The notes: generated from the letters alone by a model not told the origin. Shown: positions 38,806-49,381, numbered from the stretch's first letter. The stretch: 64,000 bases of DNA from Vulcanimicrobiota bacterium (GCA_963786105.1 CAWAXX010000017.1:224001-288000); one strand, 5' to 3'. Translations and numbers: made by a program.

Positions 38806-39176
38806 GAATCCGGCTTGCGGGACGCGGAACGGCCGTTGGTGGCTGCAATGCTCGCGGAGATCGCGATGCCGTCGGCGGCGAGCCACCGTTCGACGTGTTC
38901 CACGTACTCGCTGCCAAACGTATCGAGGAGACTTCGGCGGTACGCCGCGTAGAATTCCGTTTGCGAGGTTCGTACGTAGTGCTCGAGGGCGCGACGGTGA
39001 ATCGCCATATAGCCGTCGCGCAGGCGAAGGCCGCCGTGAACGAGCATGACGAGCAGTTCGCTTGCCGAGGTTTCCGGCGTGAGTCCGAGGCGCGATGCAA
39101 ACCACTCGTCAAGCGCGCGCGGCAGGCGCATCGAACGAGTGGGGCCCATCGAACCCGAGCCCTTCCGGCGACTCAC
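38802..39176 (-). CDS. Hypothetical protein, possible ribbon-helix-helix N-terminus
   Basis: 124-aa ORF; TRSMRLPRALDEWF resembles an RHH strand-helix. Confidence 0.55.
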   Translation of the reverse strand: MSRRKGSGSMGPTRSMRLPRALDEWFASRLGLTPETSASELLVMLVHGGLRLRDGYMAIHRRALEHYVRTSQTEFYAAYRRSLLDTFGSEYVEHVERWLAADGIAISASIAATNGRSASRKPDS

Positions 39177-39187
39177 GTCAGCGCGCT

Positions 39188-39391
39188 CTAGCCATCGCGA
39201 TCATCGCCGTTTTCGCCATCGGATTCGCCGGCGTGGTGGCCTTGGTCGTGGGCCGTGCCGTCGGCGTGCTTATGCGGGCGTTCGAGATGCTCGTGATCGT
39301 GATCGTGGTCGGCGTGGCCGTGTGCGTGGGTATGTTGCGTGCCGTCCGCGTGCGCGTGCGTGTGGGAGTGCTCGTCCGGCGGCTCCTTCAT
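39188..39391 (-). CDS. Histidine-rich small protein, putative nickel-binding/storage protein
   Basis: 17 His in 67 aa, HxH runs and two HxHADGT motifs; divergent from the NiCoT gene. Confidence 0.7.
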   Translation of the reverse strand: MKEPPDEHSHTHAHADGTQHTHAHGHADHDHDHEHLERPHKHADGTAHDQGHHAGESDGENGDDRDG

Positions 39392-39481
39392 AAAGTGATG
39401 GTTCAAGCGCTTCGCGGCGCGCTCCCTCCAATCCGAAGTCACTGTAGACGAATTGCGCGCGGGCCGGCCTTCTAGAGTACG

Positions 39482-40585
39482 GTGGGCATGATGCCTTCGT
39501 CGACGACGGGATTCGATCTGACTGCGCTCGCGAGGGTCTTCGACGACCATTCGACCACCGTGCGCTCGCGGATCGTGGCGATGTACGCCCTGCTCGTCGC
39601 CGGGAACGCCGTCGCCTGGATTTTGGCGGTGGCGGCGTTTGCTTCGCGACCGGCCCTATTGGGTACCGCGCTACTGGCCTACACGTTTGGCCTTCGTCAC
39701 GCCGTAGATGCCGATCACATTTCTGCAATCGACAACGTAACGCGCAAACTCATGCAGGAAAATAAGCGCCCCGTCGCCGTCGGCTTCTTTTTTTCGCTAG
39801 GCCATTCCACGATCGTGGTGGCGCTGACGGCGGCGATCGCCGTTGCGGCGATGACGGTTCAGCGGTCGTTTCCGAGTTTAGAGCATCTTGGCGGCCTGGT
39901 CGGAACATCGATCTCGGTGCTCTTTCTCTACGGCATCGCGGCTTTGAATTTCGTCGCATTGGTCGAAGTATTCCGGGCCTTTCGTTGCGTGCGCGACCGC
40001 CGTCCTTACGACGCCCAGAGCTTAGACGATTTCCTCATGAACCGCGGTCTAGTCGGGCGATTTTGCCGTCCGTTGACGCGCCTGGTGGCGCGTAGCTGGC
40101 ATATGTACCCTCTTGGATTGCTCTTCGGATTGGGATTCGATACGGCCACGGAAGTGGGCATTCTCGCTATCGCCGCCATCGAAGCGGGCAAAGGCTTGCC
40201 GATCGTCACGATTCTGATCTTTCCGCTTCTCTTTACGGCTGCGATGTCGTTGATCGACACCAGCGACGGGATCCTGATGCTGGGTGCGTACGGTTGGGCG
40301 TTCGTGAAACCGGTCCGCAAGCTATACTACAATCTCAACGTCACGCTCGTATCGGTGCTGGTCGCGGTGGTGGTAGGGACGATCGAACTGGCCACGGTCG
40401 TAGGCGATCGTTTTAAGATGGCTGGGGTCGCCGGTGCGTTTCTAGGACGCCTCAATGAAAGCTCGGGTGCGCTTGGATTCGCAATCGTCGGCGTCTTCGT
40501 GGTTACTTGGTGCGTCTCGCTGTTGATCTACAAGTTGCGGCGCTACGACGAGCTTCCGGCGGAGACGCTCGAGGGCACGGCCTGA
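39482..40585 (+). CDS. hoxN: High-affinity nickel permease, NiCoT (HoxN/HupN/NixA) family
   Basis: RHAVDADHI, FFSLGHS, LFGLGFDTATE signatures. Confidence 0.95.
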   Translation: MGMMPSSTTGFDLTALARVFDDHSTTVRSRIVAMYALLVAGNAVAWILAVAAFASRPALLGTALLAYTFGLRHAVDADHISAIDNVTRKLMQENKRPVAVGFFFSLGHSTIVVALTAAIAVAAMTVQRSFPSLEHLGGLVGTSISVLFLYGIAALNFVALVEVFRAFRCVRDRRPYDAQSLDDFLMNRGLVGRFCRPLTRLVARSWHMYPLGLLFGLGFDTATEVGILAIAAIEAGKGLPIVTILIFPLLFTAAMSLIDTSDGILMLGAYGWAFVKPVRKLYYNLNVTLVSVLVAVVVGTIELATVVGDRFKMAGVAGAFLGRLNESSGALGFAIVGVFVVTWCVSLLIYKLRRYDELPAETLEGTA

Positions 40586-43214
40586 ACCGGCGAGGCCGGC
40601 ACGTCGCGTCGCCACGCGTCCTTCGCCAGCAGCAATGAAAGGTCGTGGCGCAACTGGTCGAGATGAGTGTCGTGGGTCGCGAACCAAGCCCAACCCGCGG
40701 CAAATCGGCGCTCGCGCTGGTCGAGGGCTCGAACTGCGTCGTGTACCTGACGACGCACGGGATCGGCCAGGATCTCTACCCCGCGCGCGTCGCGCAGGAG
40801 GCGCTCGTAGGCTCGGACGTCGACCGTCACGCGATCGCTCAGGCTGTAGCCGCGCTTGGTGCTGGCGATCGCTTCTTTATCGGAAAGTTGGGCTCGCGTA
40901 CGAGACACGCACATTTTGAGCGTGTTCAGCGCGGCTTCGCTATCGAGTGCGGGCCAAATCTCTCTCGCCAAGTCCTCTTTCGGCATACCCGCCGGTAGAA
41001 GAGCCAAGGCGACCAACAATTCGAGGCCGCGGTCCGACACGTGGAGGGCTTCGGTACCTCGCCAAACCTGTCCGTGCACGACGTCGACCCGCAGCGATCC
41101 AGATGTTGTTTGAGGGGCGAGCGCGCGACGCGAGCGGCGACGTTTTTGAAAATACCGAAGTCGGATGGTTCCGGCGAATCGATCAATAGCTCGAGCGAAG
41201 CCTGGAGCGGCGGTGATTCGATGTATTGCGCGATCGCGCGCGCCTCGAGCAAACGGCGCCGCTGTGTCGGTAGTAAAAGCGCGGCGGCCACGCGGATCAC
41301 GATGCGAAGAAAGTCGCTTTCAACGCGGTCGATTCCATCGATCGCTTGGTCGAAGAGTTCGACGGCCAGTTCGAGGTCTGTCGTCGCCATGGCGGCGTGC
41401 CAACGCGCGACCTGCAACGCGGAATGTGGAGCGTCCACGCTTCGTCGCGCGAGCGACGCTTCGACGCAGCGAGCGAAAGCGCGTACGGCAAGGTCGCCGC
41501 AGTCGTCCAGCAATTGGTTGGCGGACGTCACTCGTGCGTCGTCGTTACAATACCAAGCGGCCCAGGCGACGGCCCGGGCGGCGTTAACGATGCGGGACGT
41601 GACCCCGCCGGCTTGCACGGAGTACAGCGCCTCTTCGCTCAGCTTGAGCAGCTCGAGCCATTCGCCGAGAAAGCGTGCCTTTTCCATGGCGATGGCCGAG
41701 CGTTCGGTTTCGAAACGCCGATGGCGCGCGCCCGCAACGGCGTCGGCTTGGTCGACGAAGCCGTCGGATTGCGCAAAACACCCTTTTTCGCGGCCACGAT
41801 AGCTTGCGTCATCAGTGCGAGACGCCGCTCTTCGGGCAGCTCTTCGAGGGCGCCCGCTGCGACCGCGGCTTCGAGTAAGGAACGCGCCTCGGCAAGCCGT
41901 TCGAGCTCGTGCGCGAGCGTCGCAAGCCGAACGCGCAAGCTTCGTTGCAGCGATGGCGGCGCGTCGTTGGCGACGGATTGAAGAAGGTGGACGCCTTCGT
42001 CGTAAAGCCGCGACGGGTCTACGGTCTGGCGGCGATAGGGGAGGGTCGCAATCCACAGGTTGGGGTAGGAGCAAAGCGTCGAGATGCGGATCTTGACGAG
42101 GACGTCGATCAGCCGGTGAGACGGTTGGTAGAGCATGGCCGCCGGCAAACGATCGAGCGCCGCCGCCGCCGCGTGTTCGTCCCCATTGGCGTCGTAGAGC
42201 TCGGCAGCACGCAGAAAATCGCCATTTTCCTCGTGCGCTCGCGCGGCTCGAATGAGGTAGTTTGTGAGATCGACGGCGTGCCGCGCGCGTAGCGCGCGTA
42301 ACAACAAGGGATGCGTCTGGTACGTGCCGGCTTCGGACGAAAGAAAGCCCGGAAGGTGCGCAAGCCGATCGACGATGGGCGTCGCGTGCGCAATGCCGGC
42401 GGCCGACGCGATATCGTCGAGCGACGCATTGGGAATGGCGGCGGCGGCGAGGATCGTCGCCATCATCTCGGGCGTAAACGCACCGAGCAACTCGTTGGCG
42501 AAAAAGTCGTGCAGATTCCGCGTGCGGAAGTTCGCCGAGCCGATCGATGAGCTGTTCGACGTTGGCGTCGTAGCGCGCAAAGAGCGCCAGCAATAAGAGC
42601 ACCGTCGGCCAGCCGTCGGTTAACCGGCCAATGCGTTCGATATGTTCGAGCGAGACGTCGACGCCTTCAAAGGCCGAGCGCACTTCGTCGCCGTCGAAAC
42701 GTAAATCGTGGCTCGAGAGCGTGAGCATTTGGTGCGGAGCAAGATAGTGCGAAAAGCGAATCGGAAGCGGCGTCCGGGCACTGACGAGCACGACGCGCTC
42801 GCGCGGACGCGCCGCCAGCAAATCGCCCAAGAGCGCCAACACGCCGGTATTTTGCGCGATAGCTTCGCCGTGATCGAAGACGAAAAGGGAGTGGTCGATG
42901 CGCGATTTCCACGCCTCGAGCAGCGTGCGGCGCCAGGCGGCCGCATCCGCGTCGGTTGCGTGCAGTCGCAGACGGTCCAACGCGATCGAATCGCCGCTGG
43001 ACGGCCATTCGCCGGCTAATGCCGATATGGTGCGGCTGGCGAAGTCTTTGACGTCGGCAACGCCGGCGCAATCGCAGATGGCGTGGCGTTCGAAGCGTCG
43101 CGCGTACAAACGCGCAAGCGAGGATTTCCCGTAGCCTGCCGGAGCGAAGAGGCAAACGAGGCGCGGCTCGGATGCGAACAGCCGTTGCAGAAGGCGGCTT
43201 CGCGGCGGCGTCAT
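40543..43214 (-). CDS. MalT/STAND-like regulator with C-terminal OmpR-type winged helix; frameshifted as assembled (about 42530, 41785, 41095)
   Basis: APAGYGKS P-loop, T.GWP motif, YQTHPL in a second frame, LAREIWP...LKMCVSR.R...GYSL wHTH in a third segment. Confidence 0.8.
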
Positions 43215-43301
43215 TCAGCCAGGTATTGTGCGGGCGGCGAACCGCTCCTCGGCCGCGCTTGGTGGACCAAGACGCTCAGCGATCGGTCGCGCGACGGCGG
43301 G

Positions 43302-43982
43302 TTAGCCAACGGCCGTCGGCGTCTTGGTGCGGAGGCGTTTTTCGAGTAGGGAGATCCACTCGGCCATCCCAGCGCCGGTGCGTGCCGAAAGCTCGAGAAT
43401 CTGCGCGCTCGGATTGACCGAGCGGATGCTTTTTTGCGCCGCGTCGCGGTCGAAGCCGACCGCATCGGCGATATCGATCTTGGTAACGACGGCGACTTGC
43501 GAGGTATTGAACGCGAGCGGATATTTGAGCGGCTTGTCCTCGCCCTCGGTAACGGCGATCAAAACGATGCGCGAGATCTTCACCAAGATCGTATTCCGCA
43601 GGGCAAATCAGGTTGCCGACGTTTTCGATGAAGAGCACGTCGAAGTCCGGTTGCTGCCAGTCGTCGAGGGCTTTGGTGATCATGTCGGCGTCGAGGCGGC
43701 ATTCGGCAGCCGTCGTGATCTGACGAACCGGTGCACCGCTGCGTGCCAGGCGCTCCGCATCGTTGGCCGTCGCTTGATCGCCGACGAGCGCTGCCACGCG
43801 GTAGCGTGCCCGAGAAGCGTCGCATCGTTTCCTCGAGCAACGTCGTCTTCCCAGAGCCCGGACTCGAAAGGATGTTGACGACGCAGCGTACCGGACTCGG
43901 CAAAGCGCTCGCGCAGCCGTGCGGCGATCGCATTGTTCTTCGTCATGAGATTCGATGCTATTTCGACGACGCGCATTTTCAT
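43302..43982 (-). CDS. hypB: Hydrogenase nickel-insertion GTPase HypB; frameshifted as assembled (about 43890, 43805, 43575)
   Basis: SSPGSGKT, GDQAT.NDA.RL, ENVGNLICPA.YDLGE, TEGEDKPLKYP motifs split across frames. Confidence 0.9.
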
Positions 43983-44327
43983 GCGGGAACCTCCATGGCG
44001 ACGAGTTGCATTTCGCGTCCGCGCACGATTCGCGGCGAGGGCGTGTTGCATTCGGGGCAAAGCAAGACCGGTTCCCGGGCGCGGCGCGCGTTCGTCTTCG
44101 CAAAGCTCGCAGAAAACGACGAGCGGAATTTCTTCGACGACCAACGTGCTGCCTTCGGCAACCGTCTCGGCGGTCGCAACGTCCCACGAGAAGAGCAACG
44201 CGTCTCGCACGACGCCGCTGAACGCACCGATGCGCACGTGCACGGCAGTCACGCGTTCGATGCCTTGGTCGGAGGCGGCCGCCTGGACGCCGTCGAGGAG
44301 AGCGAGAGCTACGGTGATTTCGTGCAC
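43979..44327 (-). CDS. hypA: Hydrogenase nickel metallochaperone HypA; frameshift near 44060
   Basis: MHE start, CELC and CPEC zinc motifs, GREM; the two CxxC motifs are in different frames. Confidence 0.9.
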
Positions 44328-44408
44328 GAACGTGGGTCCTCGCAGAGGCTGCGTTCCGACAGCATACCACAAGCTCTCGTTCGCGCTCGTAGGTTCGCGT
44401 ACGCGGCA

Positions 44409-44542
44409 GGTAACGACGACGTAACGTGTTTTTGCGGCACGAGGCTCAAAATCGCCTCGCACGGTCGAGGGCGATCGTAGAAAGCCGCCTTACCGCTCGT
44501 GCGAGGTTTTATCGGGCCAATCTCGGTAACCGAGCGGTAACG
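44409..44542. promoter_or_regulatory. Candidate operator repeats in the hypA/hhyS divergent intergenic region
   Basis: Two pairs of GTAAC direct repeats spaced 11 bp (44409/44420, 44525/44536) and a 10-bp inverted repeat (44490-44499 / 44531-44540). Confidence 0.5.
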
Positions 44543-44686
44543 ACGGAGCTCACCGCGGCTGCTGAAACTGCGTGTTCGTCTACTTGAATTTCTTCAAATA
44601 TTACTCTAGCCTGAATTCATTCTCCGAAAGTATTGCAACCGTCGCAACGACGGATATTCGGCGCCAATCGCGTGAGGGACATTGCA

Positions 44687-45703
44687 ATGGCGGACACGGT
44701 CGTAAACGTTCTTTGGATTCCAGCGGGGCTCAGTTGCGACGGCGACTCGGTCGCACTGACGGCGGCGATGCAGCCGAGCATCGAGGAGATCGCCCTCGGC
44801 GCGTTGCCGGGTTTACCGGGCGTGAAGTTTCACTGGCCGCTGATCGAGTACAGTCTCGGCGGTGCGGAGTTTCTGGAGGCGTTCTTCAAGGCGGAGCGCG
44901 GGGAACTCGATCCGTTCGTACTCGTGATCGAGGGCTCGATACCCAACGAAGAGATCAAAAAGGAAGGCTACTTCTCGGGGTTCGGCAACGCACCCGGAAC
45001 CGACCAACCGATTACGTTCAGCGGCTGGATCGATCGCCTGTCGCCCAAGGCGTGGGCGATTCTCGCGGCGGGAACGTGCGCGACCTACGGCGGCATTCAT
45101 GCGATGGCCGGTAACCCGACCGGCGCAATGGGCATCCTCGACTATCTTGGATGGGATTGGAAATCGAGCGCCGGCGTGCCGATCGTTTGCGTGCCCGGCT
45201 GTCCGACGCATCCCGATAATCTGTCCGAGACGATTCTGTACTTGCTGTGGCAAGCCGCCGGGCGCGCGCCGATGATTCCGCTCGACGAGGCGGGCCGGCC
45301 GACCTGGCTATTCGGCAACACCGTACACGAGGGATGCGATCGCGCCGGCTACTACGAGCAAGGCGAGTTCGCGCACGAGTACGACTCACCGAAGTGCTTG
45401 GTGAAACTGGGCTGCTGGGGGCCGGTCGTCAAGTGCAACGTTCCCAAACGCGGTTGGATGGGCGGCGTCGGCGGGTGTCCCAACGTCGGCGGCATCTGCA
45501 TCGGCTGCACGATGCCGGGCTTTCCCGACAAGTTCATGCCGTTCATGGACGAACCGCCCGGCGGAAAGATTTCGTCGAGCGTCAGCACGGCTTACGGCAC
45601 GATTGTCAAGACGATGCGTAATTTCACGATCGCGACCGTCGACAAGGAACCACAGTGGCGGCGTAAAGGCAAAAAACTCACTACCGGATACGTACGGCAT
45701 TAA
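44687..45703 (+). CDS. hhyS: Group 1h [NiFe]-hydrogenase small subunit
   Basis: GLSCDGD (Asp at a proximal-cluster ligand position), GTCATYGG, PGCP, HEGC, CLVKLGCWGP, CPNVGGICIGC; no Tat peptide. Confidence 0.93.
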   Translation: MADTVVNVLWIPAGLSCDGDSVALTAAMQPSIEEIALGALPGLPGVKFHWPLIEYSLGGAEFLEAFFKAERGELDPFVLVIEGSIPNEEIKKEGYFSGFGNAPGTDQPITFSGWIDRLSPKAWAILAAGTCATYGGIHAMAGNPTGAMGILDYLGWDWKSSAGVPIVCVPGCPTHPDNLSETILYLLWQAAGRAPMIPLDEAGRPTWLFGNTVHEGCDRAGYYEQGEFAHEYDSPKCLVKLGCWGPVVKCNVPKRGWMGGVGGCPNVGGICIGCTMPGFPDKFMPFMDEPPGGKISSSVSTAYGTIVKTMRNFTIATVDKEPQWRRKGKKLTTGYVRH

Positions 45704-45742
45704 TCGATCGCGGCACCGTCGCTATCGCACGAGAGGAAACGC

Positions 45743-47533
45743 ATGGCCATTAAAGATCTCCCCGCTACGGGGACCGGAACGCAGCCTTCACGGCTGGTGG
45801 AAATGTCGTGGGATCCGATTACGAGGATCGTTGGCAGCCTCGGGATCTATACGAAGATCGACTTTCAAAAAAAGGTCGTTGCCGAATGCCATGCGACCTC
45901 GTCGATCTTTCGCGGATACAGCATCTTCATGAAAGGCAAAGATCCACGCGACGCGCATTTCATCACCTCGCGCATCTGTGGAATCTGTGGAGACAACCAC
46001 TGCGTCTGCTCGGTGTACGCGCAAAACATGGCGTTCGGGGTGCGCCCTCCGGCGATGGGCGAGTGGATTATGAATCTCGGTGAAGCCGCCGAGTACATGT
46101 TCGACCACAACATTTTCCAAGAAAATCTCGTCGGAGTGGATTATTGCGAGAAGATGGTCCGCGAGACCAATCCGAGCGTGTGGGAGAAAGCCAAGAGAAC
46201 CGAAGCCCCCAACGCGAAGATTCACGGTTACAAGACGATCGCCGACATCATGTCGGCGCTGAACCCATTTTCCGGCGATTTCTATCGCCAAGCGCTGCAG
46301 ATCAGCCGATATACGCGCGAAATGTTCTGCCTGATGGAAGGGCGTCACGTGCATCCGTCGACGCTCTACGCCGGCGGCACCGGTACCGTCGCGACGCAAC
46401 AGCTTTTCACCGATTACTATTCTCGTTTAATGCGGTACGTCGAGTACATGAAGGTTTGCGTACCGCTGCACGACGACCTATTCGACTTTTGGTACCAAGC
46501 CCTACCCGGCTACGAACACAATGGCGAACGTCGAATTCTGCTCGGATGTTGGGGTGCGTTCCAAGACCCCGACCATTGCGATTTTCAGTACAAGAACATG
46601 ACGAACTGGGGCCGCAAGATGTTCGTGACGCCCGGTGTCGTCGTGGACGGGAAGCTGGTCACCAACGACTTGGTAGCGATCAATCTCGGCATTCGCATCC
46701 TACTCGGGCATTCGTATTACGACGACTGGGAGAGCGAAGAAACGTTCGTGCCGCAGGATCCGCTGGGTAATCCGGTCGACCGGCGCCACCCGTGGAATAT
46801 GCACACTCTGCCGACGCCCAAGAAGCGCGATTTCGGCAAGCAATATAGCTGGGTAATGTCGCCGCGCTGGTTCGACGGCAAGGATCATCTCGCTCTCGAT
46901 ACCGGTGGAGGCGCCATCGCTCGGCTGTGGTCGACCGCTCTTTCGGGGCTTGTCGACATGAACGGCTACATCAAGGCGACCGGCACCAGCGTGCAAATCA
47001 ATCTACCCAAGAGTGTCTTGACCGGGCCCGTGTCATTTGAGTGGAAAGTGCCGAAATGGTCGAATACGCTCGAGCGCAACCGCGCGCGGACGTACTTCCA
47101 GGCGTATTCGGCGGCCGCCGCGCTGTACTTCCTCGACAAGGCGTTCGAGGAACTCAACGCCGGCAGAACGCGGTCGTGGGAACCGTTCACCGTGCCGGAA
47201 GAGGCCATCGGCTGCGGCTTCACCGAGGCCGTACGCGGCGTGCTCTCGCATCACATGGTGATCCGCGAAGGCAAGATCGCCAACTATCATCCGTGGCCGC
47301 CCACGCCCTGGAACGGCAACCCGCGCGACGTCTACGGCACGCCGGGACCGTACGAAGACGCCGTGCAAAACACGCCGATTCACGAGGAAAACGGCCCGGA
47401 TGCTTTCAAGGGGATCGACATCATGCGCGCGGTGCGCAGCTTCGACCCGTGCCTGCCGTGCGGCGTGCACATGTACCTCGGCGACGACAAGACGATCGAA
47501 ACGGTTCACTCGCCGCTAGCGCCGTTCGAATAG
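45743..47533 (+). CDS. hhyL: Group 1h [NiFe]-hydrogenase large subunit
   Basis: L1 SRICGICGDNH and L2 SFDPCLPCGVH motifs; MSWDPITRIVGSLG N-terminus; C-terminal extension after L2. Confidence 0.95.
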   Translation: MAIKDLPATGTGTQPSRLVEMSWDPITRIVGSLGIYTKIDFQKKVVAECHATSSIFRGYSIFMKGKDPRDAHFITSRICGICGDNHCVCSVYAQNMAFGVRPPAMGEWIMNLGEAAEYMFDHNIFQENLVGVDYCEKMVRETNPSVWEKAKRTEAPNAKIHGYKTIADIMSALNPFSGDFYRQALQISRYTREMFCLMEGRHVHPSTLYAGGTGTVATQQLFTDYYSRLMRYVEYMKVCVPLHDDLFDFWYQALPGYEHNGERRILLGCWGAFQDPDHCDFQYKNMTNWGRKMFVTPGVVVDGKLVTNDLVAINLGIRILLGHSYYDDWESEETFVPQDPLGNPVDRRHPWNMHTLPTPKKRDFGKQYSWVMSPRWFDGKDHLALDTGGGAIARLWSTALSGLVDMNGYIKATGTSVQINLPKSVLTGPVSFEWKVPKWSNTLERNRARTYFQAYSAAAALYFLDKAFEELNAGRTRSWEPFTVPEEAIGCGFTEAVRGVLSHHMVIREGKIANYHPWPPTPWNGNPRDVYGTPGPYEDAVQNTPIHEENGPDAFKGIDIMRAVRSFDPCLPCGVHMYLGDDKTIETVHSPLAPFE

Positions 47534-47545
47534 CGCCGAGCGCGT

Positions 47546-48096
47546 ATGGCGGCTCGCGTCTCGGCGATGGCCGATCGAGTCGAGGAGCTCCTCGCGGGTT
47601 TCGATGCGGATCAGACTCCGCAACGCGCCCGCGAGCGAGCGGAAGAGCTCGTGCGAACGATCGTCGGATTCTACGGCGAGGGCCTCGAGCGCTTGCTCAC
47701 GATCGCGCACCAGACCCTCGGAGACGAGGCGTCGGAAGCGGTGTTTGCGCGGTTGTCGGCCGACAAACTGGTCGAGAGCCTCCTGTGCCTGCACGGGCTG
47801 CATCCCGTGTCGCTGGAGGATCGCATCGATGCGGCGCTGCAGTCGGTGCTGCCGTACGTCAAGTCGCACGAGGGAAATATGGAGGTGTCGCGCATCGAAG
47901 GCGACGTCGTCTACCTTCGTCTCGAGCGGCAGCTGCGACGGATGTCCGGCTTCCAGCGTGACGCTGAAAATGGCCGTCGAGCGTGCGATTCTGGAGCGCG
48001 TCCCGGAAATTCGCGAAGTGCTCGCCGAACCGGCAGAAGCACGCGGCTCCCGGTGTCATCGAAGACAGCACGCTTCGAATTCTGAGCCCGGCATGA
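47546..48096 (+). CDS. NifU-C domain Fe-S protein (HhyE-like); frameshifted as assembled (about 47925 and 48045)
   Basis: LHGLHP..LE.R...AL..V.PY..SH.G then GSCDGCPASS.TLK in another frame; predicted stop overlaps the next ATG. Confidence 0.8.
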
Positions 48097-48746
48097 GTTC
48101 GATGAAAGACCGAGACGGCAAAGACAACGTCGCGATGCTCCGAAAGATGTTGGAGAAGCGACCACCGGCGGGCGAGCGATGCGATTTCTGCTCTACCCCT
48201 CTGCGGGCCCGAGCACAGCCACTTGATCGAGCTGGCGGCGCGCAGAATCGTGTGTGCGTGCCGTCCCTGCTATATCGTGTTCGAGCCGAAAGGTGCGGCC
48301 CAGGGCGTTATCGCACGATTCCGACGCGCTATCGGAAGATCGACGAGTTTTCGCTCGACGACGCGAAATGGGACGCGTTACAGATTCCCATCGGCCTGGC
48401 ATTCTTTTTTCACAACTCGATCGAGAATCGAATGGTCGCGTTTTATCCCAGCCCGGCGGGCGCGACGGAATCGCTGCTGCCGCTCGATACCTGGGCCGAA
48501 ATCACCACCGAGTTTCCCGCCCTCGCGTCGCTCGAGCCCGACGTCGAGGCGATCCTGATACAACGCAGTAGAGACGTCTCGCGTTGTTTCGTCGTTCCGG
48601 TAGACTCGGCGTATGAACTGGTCGGACTGATCCGCACGTGCTGGAAGGGCTTTGACGGCGGCCAAGAGGCGCATGCAAAGATCGCCGAATATTTCGACAA
48701 AATCGAGCAGCGTAGCCGAGGCAAGGTGACCGCGAGGGTGTCATGA
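48093..48746 (+). CDS. DUF5947-like hydrogenase accessory protein; compensating frameshifts near 48205 and 48300
   Basis: ERCDFC, H.H...CACRPC (other frame), IPIGLAFF, FYPSPAGATES motifs typical of genes downstream of hhyL. Confidence 0.8.
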   Translation: MSSMKDRDGKDNVAMLRKMLEKRPPAGERCDFCSTPLRARAQPLDRAGGAQNRVCVPSLLYRVRAERCGPGRYRTIPTRYRKIDEFSLDDAKWDALQIPIGLAFFFHNSIENRMVAFYPSPAGATESLLPLDTWAEITTEFPALASLEPDVEAILIQRSRDVSRCFVVPVDSAYELVGLIRTCWKGFDGGQEAHAKIAEYFDKIEQRSRGKVTARVS

Positions 48747-49381
48747 TCGATCTCGCCTTCTCTATCGTCGGGGCTCGTTCCGAGCGTTACGCAGCTTCAC
48801 CCTTACTCGTCCTGCGTTTGCGTATCACGGAAAGTACCGGCGCGAACGTCCAGGCAATCGCGCTGCGCGCCCAGATTCAGCTCGAGGTTCAGCGGCGCCG
48901 TTACGCACCCGAAGAGAGCGCGCTGCTCGACGAACTCTTCGGCCAGCCGTCGCGCTACGCTGACACGCTTAAGCCCATGCTGTGGACGCACGTTTCTGCG
49001 ATGGTGTTGCCCTTCCGGCGAGAGACCGAAGTCGACCTTCAGATTCCCTGCAGCTACGATTTCGAGGTGGCCGCGCACAAGTATCTGGCCTCGCTCCATG
49101 ACGGCATCGTCCCACTCGATCTGCTTTTTAGCGGAACGGTATTCGTAGAAGGCGAGGGCGGCGCGACGCCGGAGTTCGTGCCATGGAGCTGCGAGGCGCG
49201 CTACGCGCTGCCGGTCGCGGTGTGGCGTGAATCGGTCGACGCGGCGTTTCCAAACTCGGCCTGGATCCGGGTAAGCCGCGACGTGTTCGACGACTTACGC
49301 CGCTTCAAAATCGCCGCCGGTCTGCGCACCTGGGACGCAGCGATGGAAAGCTTGTGCTCGAAAGCGAGGGTCGAGTCGTGA
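48743..49381 (+). CDS. DUF6084-like hydrogenase accessory protein
   Basis: L.ELFG...R...TL...LW, PC.YDF.VA..KY, LFSGTVF, VPW..EA motifs. Confidence 0.8.
   Translation: MIDLAFSIVGARSERYAASPLLVLRLRITESTGANVQAIALRAQIQLEVQRRRYAPEESALLDELFGQPSRYADTLKPMLWTHVSAMVLPFRRETEVDLQIPCSYDFEVAAHKYLASLHDGIVPLDLLFSGTVFVEGEGGATPEFVPWSCEARYALPVAVWRESVDAAFPNSAWIRVSRDVFDDLRRFKIAAGLRTWDAAMESLCSKARVES

Noticed and set aside
39095..39475. Hydrophobic plus-strand ORF (VIVIVVGVAVCVG)
   Set aside because: Antisense shadow of the His/Asp codons of the minus-strand His-rich gene.
47440..47475. Possible [NiFeSe] hydrogenase
   Set aside because: The L2 motif has Cys codons (DPCLPC) and no in-frame TGA.
47604..48746. Apparent NifU-DUF5947 fusion ORF (380 aa)
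   Set aside because: Produced by frameshifts; an ATGA overlap at 48093-48096 indicates two separate genes.
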